From: Heterodontus francisci
Lineage: Eukaryota
DNA length: 64,000 nucleotides
Direction of reading: 5' to 3'
Assembly (NCBI RefSeq): GCF_036365525.1
Contig: NC_090399.1
Span: 66,644,862 to 66,708,861, forward strand
The notes under the pieces: model-generated
Seen by the model: the letters and a program-made list of their open reading frames with translations, nothing else
Told to the model about the DNA's origin: nothing
The model's database searches: none
Made by a program: the position numbers and the translations under genes
In this document: positions 1 through 11,960 of the stretch, in pieces
Layout of the letters: each line of letters opens with the position of its first letter
How positions within the stretch are numbered: position 1 is the first letter of the stretch

Positions 1-206
1 TCATTAGTGGGGGGCAGAGTTCAATTGAACGGAAGTTTAAAAAATCAAGAAGAAACGTGAGAGCAAAGGTGCAGGGTAGTGAAGAGGTGAACAGGAATCC
101 AAGTGCGACAGGATGGGGCAGAAAATATAAGCAGAAGAGTGCAGCAGATATTTAAAACCAGAATGAGTAATAATGGTAAAAAGGTCAAAGCTTAAGGCTC
201 TTGATC

Positions 207-1162
207 AATCACAATCCCCTTACAGAGTTCACCCCCTTCAAACACAATCCCCTTGCAGAGTTCCTCACCCCTTCGAACACAATCCCCTTGCAGTGTTCCC
301 CCACTTCAAACACAATCCCCTTGCACAGTTCACCCCCTTCAAACACAATCCCCTTGCAGAGTTCCCCCCTATCAAACACAATCTGCTTCCAGAGTTCCCC
401 CCCCCCGTCAAACACAATCCCCTTGCAGAGTTCACCCCCCTGTCAAACACAATCCCCTTCCAGATTTCCCCCCCCTTCAAACACAATCCCCTTGCAGAGT
501 TCACAACACTTCAAACACAATCCCCTTGCAGAGTTCACCCCGTCAAACACAATCTCCTTGCAGATATCACCCCCGTCAAACACAATCCCCTTGCAGAGTT
601 CCCCCCCATCAAACACAATCCCCTTCCAGAGTTCCCCCCCGTCAAACACAATCCCCTTGCAGAGTTCACCCCACTTCAAACACCATCCCCTGACAGAGTT
701 CCCCCCCTTCAAACAGAATCCACTTGCAGAGCTCCCCCCCGTCAAACACAATCCCCTTGTAGAGTTCCCCCCCTTCAAACACAATCCCCTTGCAGAGTTC
801 CCCCCCTTCAAACACAATCCCCTTACAGAGTTCCCCCCCTTCAAACACAATCCCCTTGCAGAGTTCCCCCCTTCAAACACAATCCCCTTGCAGAGTTCCC
901 CCCCTTCAAACACAATCCCCTTACAGAGTTCCCCCCCTTCAAACACAATCCACTTGCAGAGTTCCCCCCCTTCAAACACAATCCACTTGCAGAGTTCCCC
1001 CCATTCAAACACAATCGCCTTGCAGAGTTCACCCTCTTCAAACACAATCCCGTTGCAGATTCCCCCCCCCCCACTTCAAACACAATCCCCTTGCAGGGTT
1101 CCCCCCATTCAAATACAATCCCCTTGCAGAGTTCACCCTCTTCAAACACAATCCTCTTGCAG
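207..1162. repeat. 33-bp minisatellite (ttcaaacacaatccccttgcagagttcaccccc), unit 1
   Basis: Direct tandem repeats of 32-35 bp; these generate the KHNPLAEF/QTQSPCRV ORFs. Confidence 0.97.
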
Positions 1163-2739
1163 GTTTCTCCTCATGATGATGCCATCATGTCGGATTGTCA
1201 GTGTTGTCATGGTGCTTCCCACCTCTGACAAAATTGGAAATGAGCGTGACAGCGGCGGGTTCCGTGGGAGGGGCTCTGCCGGAATTCTCCAGCTTCCCCC
1301 AAGCCAACATTCCCACTTTCTACTGGAGCATAAAATTCATCCTTAAGTTTTGTGAACCTGTGTCATTAACATTGGGATGGTGTAGGGAGTATTCACTTCT
1401 GTTTTAATAAAAAGGGAACTGCACTTTGTGTCTGAGTTTCTCTCTCTCCACTCAGTCACTTGTTTAAGTTGAGTCTGACAGGGTCAATGAGTAAAGCCGA
1501 CACTGGGGATTGTCTCTGATTCCCTGCCTGGTGTGGGGCTCTGCGATATCACCCAGTCAGTAGCTGAGCCCAGTGACAATCCCCCGTCTGCAATATCCCA
1601 ACAGTGAACTCCTCTCTTCCCCTTTCTCTGTTAGAAAGAGGCTAACACAAACTAAAGCTGGGGTTTAATCTCAGTGATGGGAACCAGAAGTTGCTGCCAA
1701 TGGTTCCCCTGGGAACTGAAGCTAGAAAGATCTGAGATTTAACAGAGTCCTGGAGTGTTCCTCACCCTGAACTACACGGAGACAGTAATGATCCAGGGAC
1801 AATTCCCCTTCACTTGGCAGCCTATATGATTGGATCTGTTGAACAAGGAGAGGCAGATTAAACTCTCGCTCCGTTCCATCCATTTATATTGTGTTCTCAA
1901 TGTCACACCTGATACTTTCTGCCTCTACTGCAAAATGTCCACAATAGAACATCAGGATTAACAGTCACAGGGTGATGGAAATCTCTTTACACAACTGTTG
2001 ATAATCTCCTTAATATAAAGCAAAGCAGAACAAGAGCCTCAAATCCCAGTGGCCCCTGTGAATTAATATTAAATATGATGTGATATTTAGGACAGCTCCA
2101 TATAAAGAAAGGGAACATGTTGAAGGAGTGTAAAGCAAGAATTTAAACTCCACACATCCTTGTAGGAACTGTGACAATTAAAGACACTACTGGAGTCATT
2201 GAGAGCCAGACACTGCAGTGTAGGAGCAGAATGGGAGAGGGGAAAGGGAGAGATCAATGGTTCATATAAATCAGGGATAAGAAACACATACAGGATCTAG
2301 ATATAGATTGTGAACTCTATCCCTGACAGACAGACTCTCGTGACCTGATTGGAGAGAGTTTAGGTACATGTTGACAGAACACGGGCTTACAGATCCCTAA
2401 ATGTGTCCAAATGTCCGTCCCACTGGAGCTTACCCTGCGTCCAGGGACCATTTCCCAGTACAGGGAACTGGGATGGTTCCCACTGATTCAGTCTCCAGGT
2501 AATGTCTCCAGTGACTGTCCTCCCAAGACACAGAGCTTCCCCCTTTAGCAATAAGATGGATAATCTACCTTCAGTGCGGTGGGTGAGGTTACACAGGGCC
2601 AGTGACAGGGTTTCAGCCCATTCGATGTTCTCAATGTTTAAATCCAGTGTCAGTAACCAGGCTGACTCAACCACCAACTACAACATGGGAAATACATTGT
2701 TCCATATCAGGGGCTTTAACAGAGGGATCCTCACCCTGG

Positions 2740-3961
2740 TATAAAAGCAAAATACTGCGGATGCTGGAAATCTGAAACAAAAACAAGAAATGCTGGAATC
2801 ACTCAGCAGGTCTGGCAGCATCTGTGGAAAGAGAAGCAGAGTTAACGTTTCGGGTCAATGACCCTTCTTCGGAACTGACAAATATTAGAAAAGTCACAGA
2901 TTATAAACAAGTGAGGTGGGGGTTGGGCAAGAGATAACAAAGGAGAAGGTGCAGATTGGACCAGGCCACATAGCTGACCAAAAGGTCATGGAGCAAAGGC
3001 AAACAATATGTTAATGGTGTGTTGAAAGACAAAGCATTAGTACAGATTAGGTGTGAATATACTGAATATTGAACAGCAGCAAGTGCAAACCTGAAGAAAA
3101 ACAACCTGAAAAAAACAGTGGGTAAGCAAACTGAACAAACTAAGATGAAATGAAATAAATGCAAAAAAAGATTGTAAAAAATGTAAAAAGGAATGTAAAA
3201 AAAAGGAAGAAAAAAAAATAACTAAAAATGACTAAAACTGAAAGTAAAATGGGGGGCTGTCATGCTCTGAAATTATTGAACTCAATGTTCAGTCCGGCAG
3301 GCTGTAGTGTGCCTAATCGGTAGATGAGATGCTGTTCCTCGAGCTTGTGTTGATGTTCACTGGAACACTGCAGCAATCCCAGGACAGAGATGTGAGCATG
3401 AGAGCAGGGGGGAGTGTTGAAATGGCAAGCAACCGGAAGCTCAGGGTCCTGCTTGCGGACTGAGCGGAGATGTTCCGCAAAGCGGTCACCCAGTCTGCGC
3501 TTGGTCTCCCCAATGTAGAGGAGACCACACTGTGAGCAGCGAATACAGTATACTACATTGAAAGAAGTACAAGTAAATCGCTGCTTCACCTGAAAGGAGT
3601 GTTTGGGGCCTGGGATAGTGAGGAGAGAGGAGGTAAATGGGCAGGTATTACACCTCCTGCGATTGCAAGGGAAGGTGCCCTGGGACGGGGACGAGGTGGT
3701 GGGGGTAATGGAGGAGTGGACCAGGGTGTCGCGGAGGGAACGATCCCTTTGGAATGCTGACAGGGGAAGGGAGGGGAAGATGCGACTGGTAGTGGCATCA
3801 CGCTGGAGGTGGCGAAAATGGCGGAGGATGATCCTTTGGATATGGAGGCTGGTGGGATGAAAAGTGAGGACAAGGGGAACCCTGTCACGGTTCTGGGAGG
3901 GAGGGGAAGGGGTGAGGGTAGAGGTGCGGGGAATGGGTCGGACACGGTTGAGGGCCCTGTC
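2740..3961 (-). mobile_element. 5'-truncated Penelope-like retroelement (GIY-YIG endonuclease C-terminus plus 3' region)
   Basis: ORF 3260-3967 has CNRRRCNTC and VVYCIRCSQCGLLYIGETKRRLGDRFAEH (GIY-YIG). An 11-bp TSD cctcaccctgg lies at 2729-2739 and 3962-3972 (one mismatch). The site is empty in units 3-5. Confidence 0.92.
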
Positions 3962-4759
3962 CCTCACTCTGGGATTGATTCTCCCTCCTGGTTACTGGAT
4001 CACAGTCTGTTTTTACCCAGAGTCTTCCCTCTGTCAAACAATTTCCCTTTTTGTCTGAAATCTCCTTCAGAACCTGCTGGTGAATCTGGTAAATGGAGCA
4101 GAGGGACTCCTTCTACTGAGATCTCAGAGTTCACATCTACACATCTTCACTCAATTGTTTCTCAGCACCAGTAACAAGTTTCAAATGAAGTAAAGAAAAC
4201 AACAATATGTTTAATTGTGGAACCAATTTTCCACAGAAAAATTACTTGTGTTACGGGGGTGTGTGGAATTTTTATAACACGGGACAGGGGCCTCAGAAAG
4301 CAGTAAGACTCCAGCTAAATGGACACTACTGGAAAATCTCTCACATTGTGAAATCCAGTTTAGATATCTTAATTCTTTATCTTTGGTCCTTACCTTATCT
4401 TACACTATATTTATTCATTGGTCATTACTATTTCATCTGTTTTAAGTTATTTAAATTATACACACTAACTTGCATCGAGCACTAAAGGACTAAACAAAAT
4501 TTTAAACATTTACTGTCTCACGCTTACACAACCCAGTACAAGTGTTAAAGACAAAAAGCATTTCTTCTCCCCTCTGCACTGAATTCCCACTCTCACTAAA
4601 TTCTCACCTTCCCTCTCAGTTTCCGTTGCAATCTGTGGTTACACTGTGTGTTCCAGCAGAAATCTTTTACTTTTATATCCCACTGAATCACATCCAAGTT
4701 ACAACTGTTCAGTCAGTTTCAGCACATTTACCCCCTGTTCAGGCAATTACTTCCATCTG

Positions 4760-4960
4760 ATTGACTGTTAACTGTTCATCTGACTTACACTGTTTCCTGT
4801 TCACTGTTCACCTGAATAAACTGTTCACTGTTATCCTGATTTATACTGTTCACTGTACACCTGATTTATACTGTTCATTGTTAGCCTGAATAAACTGTTC
4901 ACCCGTCACCTGATTTATACTGTTCACCTGACTTATACTGTTCACCGGTCACCTGACTTG
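4760..4960. repeat. Degenerate short tandem repeat (tttatactgttcacctga-like), length-variable, present in every unit
   Basis: Repeated actgttcac/ctgatttat motifs; equivalents near 11480-11720, 17520-17690, 22845-23090 and 28375-28560. Confidence 0.8.
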
Positions 4961-5199
4961 CAGTTGTAAAAGTCTGATGTGAAATTCTAAATGTTCAGAG
5001 CAAATTTCAGTCTGACCTCCTCACCCACCACTTATTAAACATGAAACTTCCCACTCGGTTAATGTTCAGATCTGTGATTACACTGTGCTGTATCTGGGAG
5101 CTGATCCCATTCTTTAAATTTACAGGGATCTGATCCCATTCCTTTAATTCGCTGAGATCAGATCGCGTTCCTTTAATTTTCTGGGATCTGAGCCCATCT

Positions 5200-6915
5200 G
5201 GAGAACATAGAGAACGGACCTGAATGAGAAGGGCAGCTGCAGAGAGATTCAAACCGGTGACAGAAAGGGAGGCCCGGCACACGGAGAGCGGACCTGTGTG
5301 AGAAAGGCAGCGGCGGCAGAGAGGGAGGCCCGGCACACGGAGAGCGGACCTGTGTGAGAAAGGCAGCGGCGGCAGAGAGGGAGGCCCGGCACACGGAGAG
5401 CGGACCTGTGTGAGAAAGGCAGCGGCGGCAGAGAGGGAGGCCCGGCACACGGAGAGCGGACCTGTGTGAGAAAGGCAGCGGCGGCAGAGAGGGAGGCCCG
5501 GCACACGGAGAGCGGACCTGTGTGAGAAAGGCACCGGCGGCAGAGAGCCCTTTCTACCTGTTTCTACCTGTCATAGCCGAAGTGTGACGTCACAGGAAAA
5601 CAGGTAGGTGATTGGTGGGTATCTCTTCCGTGTCTCTTTTTCGCCAAGCGGTTTAAAACAAGAGACGTTATTACAGCTGAAGAGTACAGTTAAGAAATTC
5701 AAATTAAAAATGTTTAACATCCAAATTAAATAATTAAATGGAATACAGATGGCTGGGCAGGAGATGTGCTGCAACTGCAGTCTGTGAGAGCTGGTGGACG
5801 CCGGTGTGATTCACGGTGACCACATCTGCAGCAAGTGTTGGCTGCTCGAGGACCTTCGGCTCAGTGTTGATGAGCTGGAGTCCGAGCTGCAGACACTGTG
5901 ACACATCAGGGACGGGGAGAGTTAGCTGGACACTGTGTTTCAGGAGACAGTCACACCCTTTATCTTAATTACATCCAATCTGGACCGTGGTCAGGGACAG
6001 GAGGGTGTGACTGCGAGTGAGGCAGGTATCGGGATCCAGAATTTAGCTTTGGAGGAGGCCTCGGTCTGTGCCCTTATCCAATAGGTACGAGGTTCTTGCT
6101 CCCAGTGTGGACGAGAGCACGGACTACAGGGAGGATGAGCAAACTGACCACAGCACCGTGGTTCAGAGTACCATTCAAGTGGTGGGGGGGGGGGGGGGAG
6201 AGAAGAGAAATGTGGTAGTCATAGAGGATAGTATAGTGAGGGGAATAGATACTGTTCTCTGCAGCAAAGACAGGGAATCCCGAAGGCAGTGTTGCCTACC
6301 TGGTGCCAAGATTAAGGACATCTCTTCTGGGCTGGAGAGGAACTTGGAGTGGGAGGGAAAGGATCCAGTTGTCATGGTCCACATAGGCACCAACGACATA
6401 GGTGGAATTAGGAAAGAGGTTCTTCTGAGGGACTATGAGCACCTCAGGGCTAAATTAAAAAGCAGAACCACAATGATAATAATCTCCGGATTACTACTTG
6501 AGCCACGTGCAAATTGGTGTCGGGTAAATAAGATTAGAGAGGTAAACAGGTGGCTCAAAGATTGGTGTGGGAGAAATGGGTTTCGATTCATGGGGCACTG
6601 GCACCAGTACTGGGGAAAGAGAACTGTTCCGTTGGGATGGGCTTCATTTGAACCATGCTGGGACCAGTGTCCTGGCGAATCGTATAACTAGGGTTGCAGA
6701 TAGGACTTTAAAGTCATTAGTGGGGGGCAAAGTTCAATTGAACGGAAGTTTAAAAAATCAAGAAGAAACGTGAGAGCAAAGGTGCAGGGTAGTGAAGAGG
6801 TGAACAGGAATCCAAGTGCGACAGGATGGGGCAGAAAATATAAGCAGAAGAGTGCAGCAGATATTTAAAACCAGAATGAGTAATAATGGTAAAAAGGTCA
6901 AAGCTTAAGGCTCTT
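5200..6915 (+). mobile_element. CR1 LINE 5' half (monomer 5'UTR plus disrupted ORF1), unit 1
   Basis: ORF1 remnants: CxxC...CxxC plus coiled coil (LRLSVDELESELQTL), and SGNH/GDSL esterase motifs VVIEDSIVRG, CLPGA, VHIGTND. Collinear with 28742-30407. Confidence 0.92.
5583..5594. promoter_or_regulatory. Palindromic CRE/ATF site tgtgacgtcaca followed by an inverted CCAAT box, in the CR1 5'UTR (conserved in all five units)
   Basis: Perfect 12-bp palindrome containing TGACGTCA, with gattgg about 17 bp downstream, next to CpG-rich monomers. Confidence 0.5.
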
Positions 6916-6919
6916 GATC

Positions 6920-7879
6920 AATCACAATCCCCTTACAGAGTTCACCCCCTTCAAACACAATCCCCTTGCAAAGTTCCTCACCCCTTCGAACACAATCCCC
7001 TTGCAGTGTTCCCCCACTTCAAACACAATCCCCTTGCACAGTTCACCCCCTTCAAACACAATCCCCTTGCAGAGTTCCCCCCTATCAAACACAATCTGCT
7101 TCCAGAGTTCCCCCCCCCCCGTCAAACACAATCCCCTTGCAGAGTTCACCCCCCTGTCAAACACAATCCCCTTCCAGATTTCCCCCCCCTTCAAACACAA
7201 TCCCCTTGCAGAGTTCACAACACTTCAAACACAATCCCCTTGCAGAGTTCACCCCGTCAAACACAATCTCCTTGCAGATATCACCCCCGTCAAACACAAT
7301 CCCCTTGCAGAGTTCCCCCCCCCATCAAACACAATCCCCTTCCAGAGTTCCCCCCCGTCAAACACAATCCCCTTGCAGAGTTCACCCCACTTCAAACACC
7401 ATCCCCTGACAGAGTTCCCCCCCTTCAAACAGAATCCACTTGTAGAGCTCCCCCCCGTCAAACACAATCCCCTTGTAGAGTTCCCCCCCTTCAAACACAA
7501 TCCCCTTGCAGAGTTCCCCCCCTTCAAACACAATCCCCTTACAGAGTTCCCCCCCTTCAAACACAATCCCCTTGCAGAGTTCCCCCCTTCAAACACAATC
7601 CCCTTGCAGAGTTCCCCCCCTTCAAACACAATCCCCTTACAGAGTTCCCCCCCTTCAAACACAATCCACTTGCAGAGTTCCCCCCCTTCAAACACAATCC
7701 ACTTGCAGAGTTCCCCCCATTCAAACACAATCGCCTTGCAGAGTTCACCCTCTTCAAACACAATCCCGTTGCAGATTCCCCCCCCCCCCACTTCAAACAC
7801 AATCCCCTTGCAGGGTTCCCCCCATTCAAATACAATCCCCTTGCAGAGTTCACCCTCTTCAAACACAATCCTCTTGCAG
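6920..7879. repeat. 33-bp minisatellite, unit 2
   Basis: Variant order is nearly identical to 207-1162. Confidence 0.97.
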
Positions 7880-9455
7880 GTTTCTCCTCATGATGATGCC
7901 ATCATGTCGGATTGTCAGTGTTGTCATGGTGCTTCCCACCTCTGACAAAATTGGAAATGAGCGTGACAGCGGCGGGTTCCGTGGGAGGGGCTCTGCCGGA
8001 ATTCTCCAGCTTCCCCCAAGCCAACATTCCCACTTTCTACTGGAGCATAAAATTCATCCTTAAGTTTTGTGAACCTGTGTCATTAACATTGGGATGGTGT
8101 AGGGAGTATTCACTTCTGTTTTAATAAAAAGGGAACTGCACTTTGTGTCTGAGTTTCTCTCTCTCCACTCAGTCACTTGTTTAAGTTGAGTCTGACAGGG
8201 TCAATGAGTAAAGCCTACACTGGGGATTGTCTCTGATTCCCTGCCTGGTGTGGGGCTCTGCGATATCACCCAGTCAGTAGCTGAGCCCAGTGACAATCCC
8301 CCGTCTGCAATATCCCAACAGTGAACTCCTCTCTTCCCCTTTCTCTGTTAGAAAGAGGCTAACACAAACTAAAGCTGGGGTTTAATCTCAGTGATGGGAA
8401 CCAGAAGTTGCTGCCAATGGTTCCCCTGGGAACTGAAGCTAGAAAGATCTGAGATTTAACAGAGTCCTGGAGTGTTCTTCACCCTGAACTACACGGAGAC
8501 AGTAATGATCCAGGGACAATTCCCTTCACTTGGCAGTCTATATGATTGGATCTGTTGAACAAGGAGAGGCAGATTAAACTCTCGCTCCGTTCCATCCATT
8601 TATATTGTGTTCTCAATGTCACACCTGATACTTTCTGCCTCTACTGCAAAATGTCCACAATAGAACATCAGGATTAACAGTCACAGGGTGATGGAAATCT
8701 CTTTACACAACTGTTGATAATCTCCTTAATATAAAGCAAAGCAGAACAAGAGCCTCAAATCCCAGTGGCCCCTGTGAATTAATATTAAATATGATGTGAT
8801 ATTTAGGACAGCTCCATATAAAGAAAGGGAACATGTTGAAGGAGTGTAAAGCAAGAATTTAAACTCCACACATCCTTGTAGGAACTGTGACAATTAAAGA
8901 CACTACTGGAGTCATTGAGAGCCAGACACTGCAGTGTAGGAGCAGAATGGGAGAGGGGAAAGGGAGAGATCAATGGTTCATATAAATCAGGGATAAGAAA
9001 CACATACAGGATCTAGATATAGATTGTGAACTCTATCCCTGACAGACAGACTCTCGTGACCTGATTGGAGAGAGTTTAGGTACATGTTGACAGAACACGG
9101 GCTTACAGATCCCTAAATGTGTCCAAATGTCCGTCCCACTGGAGTTTACCCTGCGTCCAGGGACCATTTCCCAGTACAGGGAACTGGGATGGTTCCCACT
9201 GATTCAGTCTCCAGGTAATGTCTCCAGTGACTGTCCTCCCAAGACACAGAGCTTCCCCCTTTAGCAATAAGATGGATAAACTGCCTTCAGTGTGGTGGGT
9301 GAGGTTACACAGGGCCAGTGACAGGGTTTCAGCCCATTCGATGTTCTCAATGTTTAAATCCAGTGTCAGTAACCAGGCTGACTCAACCACCAACTACAAC
9401 ATGGGAAATACATTGTTCCATATCAGGGGCTTTAACAGAGGGATCCTCACCCTGG

Positions 9456-10679
9456 TATAAAAGCAAAATACTGCGGATGCTGGAAATCTGAAACAAAAAC
9501 AAGAAATGCTGGAATCACTCAGCAGGTCTGGCAGCATCTGTGGAAAGAGAAGCAGAGTTAACGTTTCGGGTCAGTGACCCTTCTTCGGAACTGACAAATA
9601 TTAGAAAAGTCACAGATTATAAACAAGTGAGGTGGGGGTTGGGCAAGAGATAACAAAGGAGAAGGTGCAGATTGGACCAGGCCACATAGCTGACCAAAAG
9701 GTCATGGAGCAAAGGCAAACAATATGTTAATGGTGTGTTGAAAGACAAAGCATTAGTACAGATTAGGTGTGAATATACTGAATATTGAACAGCAGCAAGT
9801 GCAAACCTGAAGAAAAACAACCTGAAAAAAACAATGGGTAAGCAAACTGAACAAACTAAGATGAAATGAAATAAATGCAAAAGAAGATTGTAAAAAATGT
9901 AAAAAGGAATGTAAAAAAAAGGAAGAAAAAAATAAATAACTAAAAATGACTAAAACTGAAAGTAAAATGGGGGGCTGTCATGCTCTGAAATTATTGAACT
10001 CAATGTTCAGTCCGGCAGGCTGTAGTGTGCCTAATCGGTAGATGAGATGCTGTTCCTCGAGCTTGTGTTGATGTTCACTGGAACACTGCAGCAATCCCAG
10101 GACAGAGATGTGAGCATGAGAGCAGGGGGGAGTGTTGAAATGGCAAGCAACCGGAAGCTCAGGGTCCTGCTTGCGGACTGAGCGGAGATGTTCCGCAAAG
10201 CGGTCACCCAGTCTGCGCTTGGTCTCCCCAATGTAGAGGAGACCACACTGTGAGCAGCGAATACAGTATACTACATTGAAAGAAGTACAAGTAAATCGCT
10301 GCTTCACCTGAAAGGAGTGTTTGGGGCCTGGGATAGTGAGGAGAGAGGAGGTAAATGGGCAGGTATTACACCTCCTGCGATTGCAAGGGAAGGTGCCCTG
10401 GGACGGGGACGAGGTGGTGGGGGTAATGGAGGAGTGGACCAGGGTGTCGCGGAGGGAACGATCCCTTTGGAATGCTGACAGGGGAAGGGAGGGGAAGATG
10501 CGACTGGTAGTGGCATCACGCTGGAGGTGGCGAAAATGGCGGAGGATGATCCTTTGGATATGGAGGCTGGTAGGATGAAAAGTGAGGACAAGGGGAACCC
10601 TGTCACGGTTCTGGGAGGGAGGGGAAGGGGTGAGGGTAGAGGTGCGGGGAATGGGTCGGACACGGTTGAGGGCCCTGTC
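9456..10679 (-). mobile_element. 5'-truncated Penelope-like retroelement, duplicated copy
   Basis: Identical 235-aa GIY-YIG ORF at 9978-10685; perfect TSD cctcaccctgg on both sides. Confidence 0.92.
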
Positions 10680-11960
10680 CCTCACCCTGGGATTGATTCT
10701 CCCTCCTGGTTACTGGATCACAGTCTGTTTTTACCCAGAGTCTTCCCTCTGTCAAACAATTTCCCTTTTTGTCTGAAATCTCCTTCAGAACCTGCTGGTG
10801 AATCTGGTAAATGGAGCAGAGGGACTCCTTCTACTGAGATCTCAGAGTTCACATCTACACATCTTCACTCAATTGTTTCTCAGCACCAGTAACAAGTTTC
10901 AAATGAAGTAAAGAAAACAACAATATGTTTAATTGTGGAACCAATTTTCCACAGAAAAATTACTTGTGTTACGGGGGTGTGTGGAATTTTTATAACACGG
11001 GACAGGGGCCTCAGAAAGCAGTAAGACTCCAGCTAAATGGACACTACTGGAAAATCTCTCACATTGTGAAATCCAGTTTAGATATCTTAGTTCTTTATCT
11101 TTGGTCCTTACCTTATCTTACACTATATTTATTCATTGGTCATTACTATTTCTTCTGTTTTAAGTTATTTAAATTATACACACTAACTTGCATCGAGCAC
11201 TAAAGGACTAAACAAAATTTTAAACATTTACTGTCTCACGCTTACACAACCCAGTACAAGTGTTAAAGACAAAAAGCATTTCTTCTCCCCTCTGCACTGA
11301 ATTCCCACTCTCACTAAATTCTCACCTTCCCTCTCAGTTTCCGTTGCAATCTGTGGTTACACTGTGTGTTCCAGCAGAAATCTTTTACTTTTATATCCCA
11401 CTGAATCACATCCAAGTTACAACTGTTCAGTCAGTTTCAGCACATTTACCCCCTGTTCAGGCAATTACTTCCATCTGATTGACTGTTAACTGTTCATCTG
11501 ACTTACACTGTTTCCTGTTCACTGTTCACCTGAATAAACTGTTCACTGTTATCCTGATTTATACTGTTCACTGTACACCTGATTTATACTGTTCATTGTT
11601 AGCCTGAATAAACTGTTCACCCGTCACCTGATTTATACTGTTCACTGTGCACCTGATTTATACTGTTCACCTGACTTATACTGTTCACCTGACTTATACT
11701 GTTCACCGGTCACCTGACTTGCAGTTGTAAAAGTCTGAAGTGAAATTCTAAATGTTCAGAGCAAATTTCAGTCTGACCTCCTCACCCACCACTTATTAAA
11801 CATGAAACTTCCCACTCGGTTAATGTTCAGATCTGTGATTACACTGTGCTGTATCTGGGAGCTGATCCCATTCTTTATATTTACAGGGATCTGATCCCAT
11901 TCCTTTAATTCGCTGAGATCAGATCGCGTTCCTTTAATTTTCTGGGATCTGAGCCCATCT

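Noticed and set aside
207-1162. CRISPR-like periodicity of the 33-40 bp arrays
   Set aside because: Repeats abut with no unique spacers, there are no cas genes, and the context is eukaryotic.
1173-1228. C/D box snoRNA candidate (ATGATGA...CTGA)
   Set aside because: No terminal stem, short length, and the D box is lost in units 4 and 5.
173-1346. Long Pro-rich ORFs of 300-400 aa (and equivalents in units 2-5)
   Set aside because: They are translations of a stop-poor 33-bp VNTR, open in several frames on both strands, with frameshifts differing between units.
2387-2744. Recurrent 80-115 aa ORFs as possible Ig or MHC domain exons
   Set aside because: No Ig Cys/Trp spacing or class I motifs in the frames examined; they recur only because of the duplication.
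6068-6691. Domesticated CR1 ORF1 esterase gene family
   Set aside because: All copies share an early stop, the GDS motif reads EDS/EDC, and polyG-tract frameshifts differ among units.
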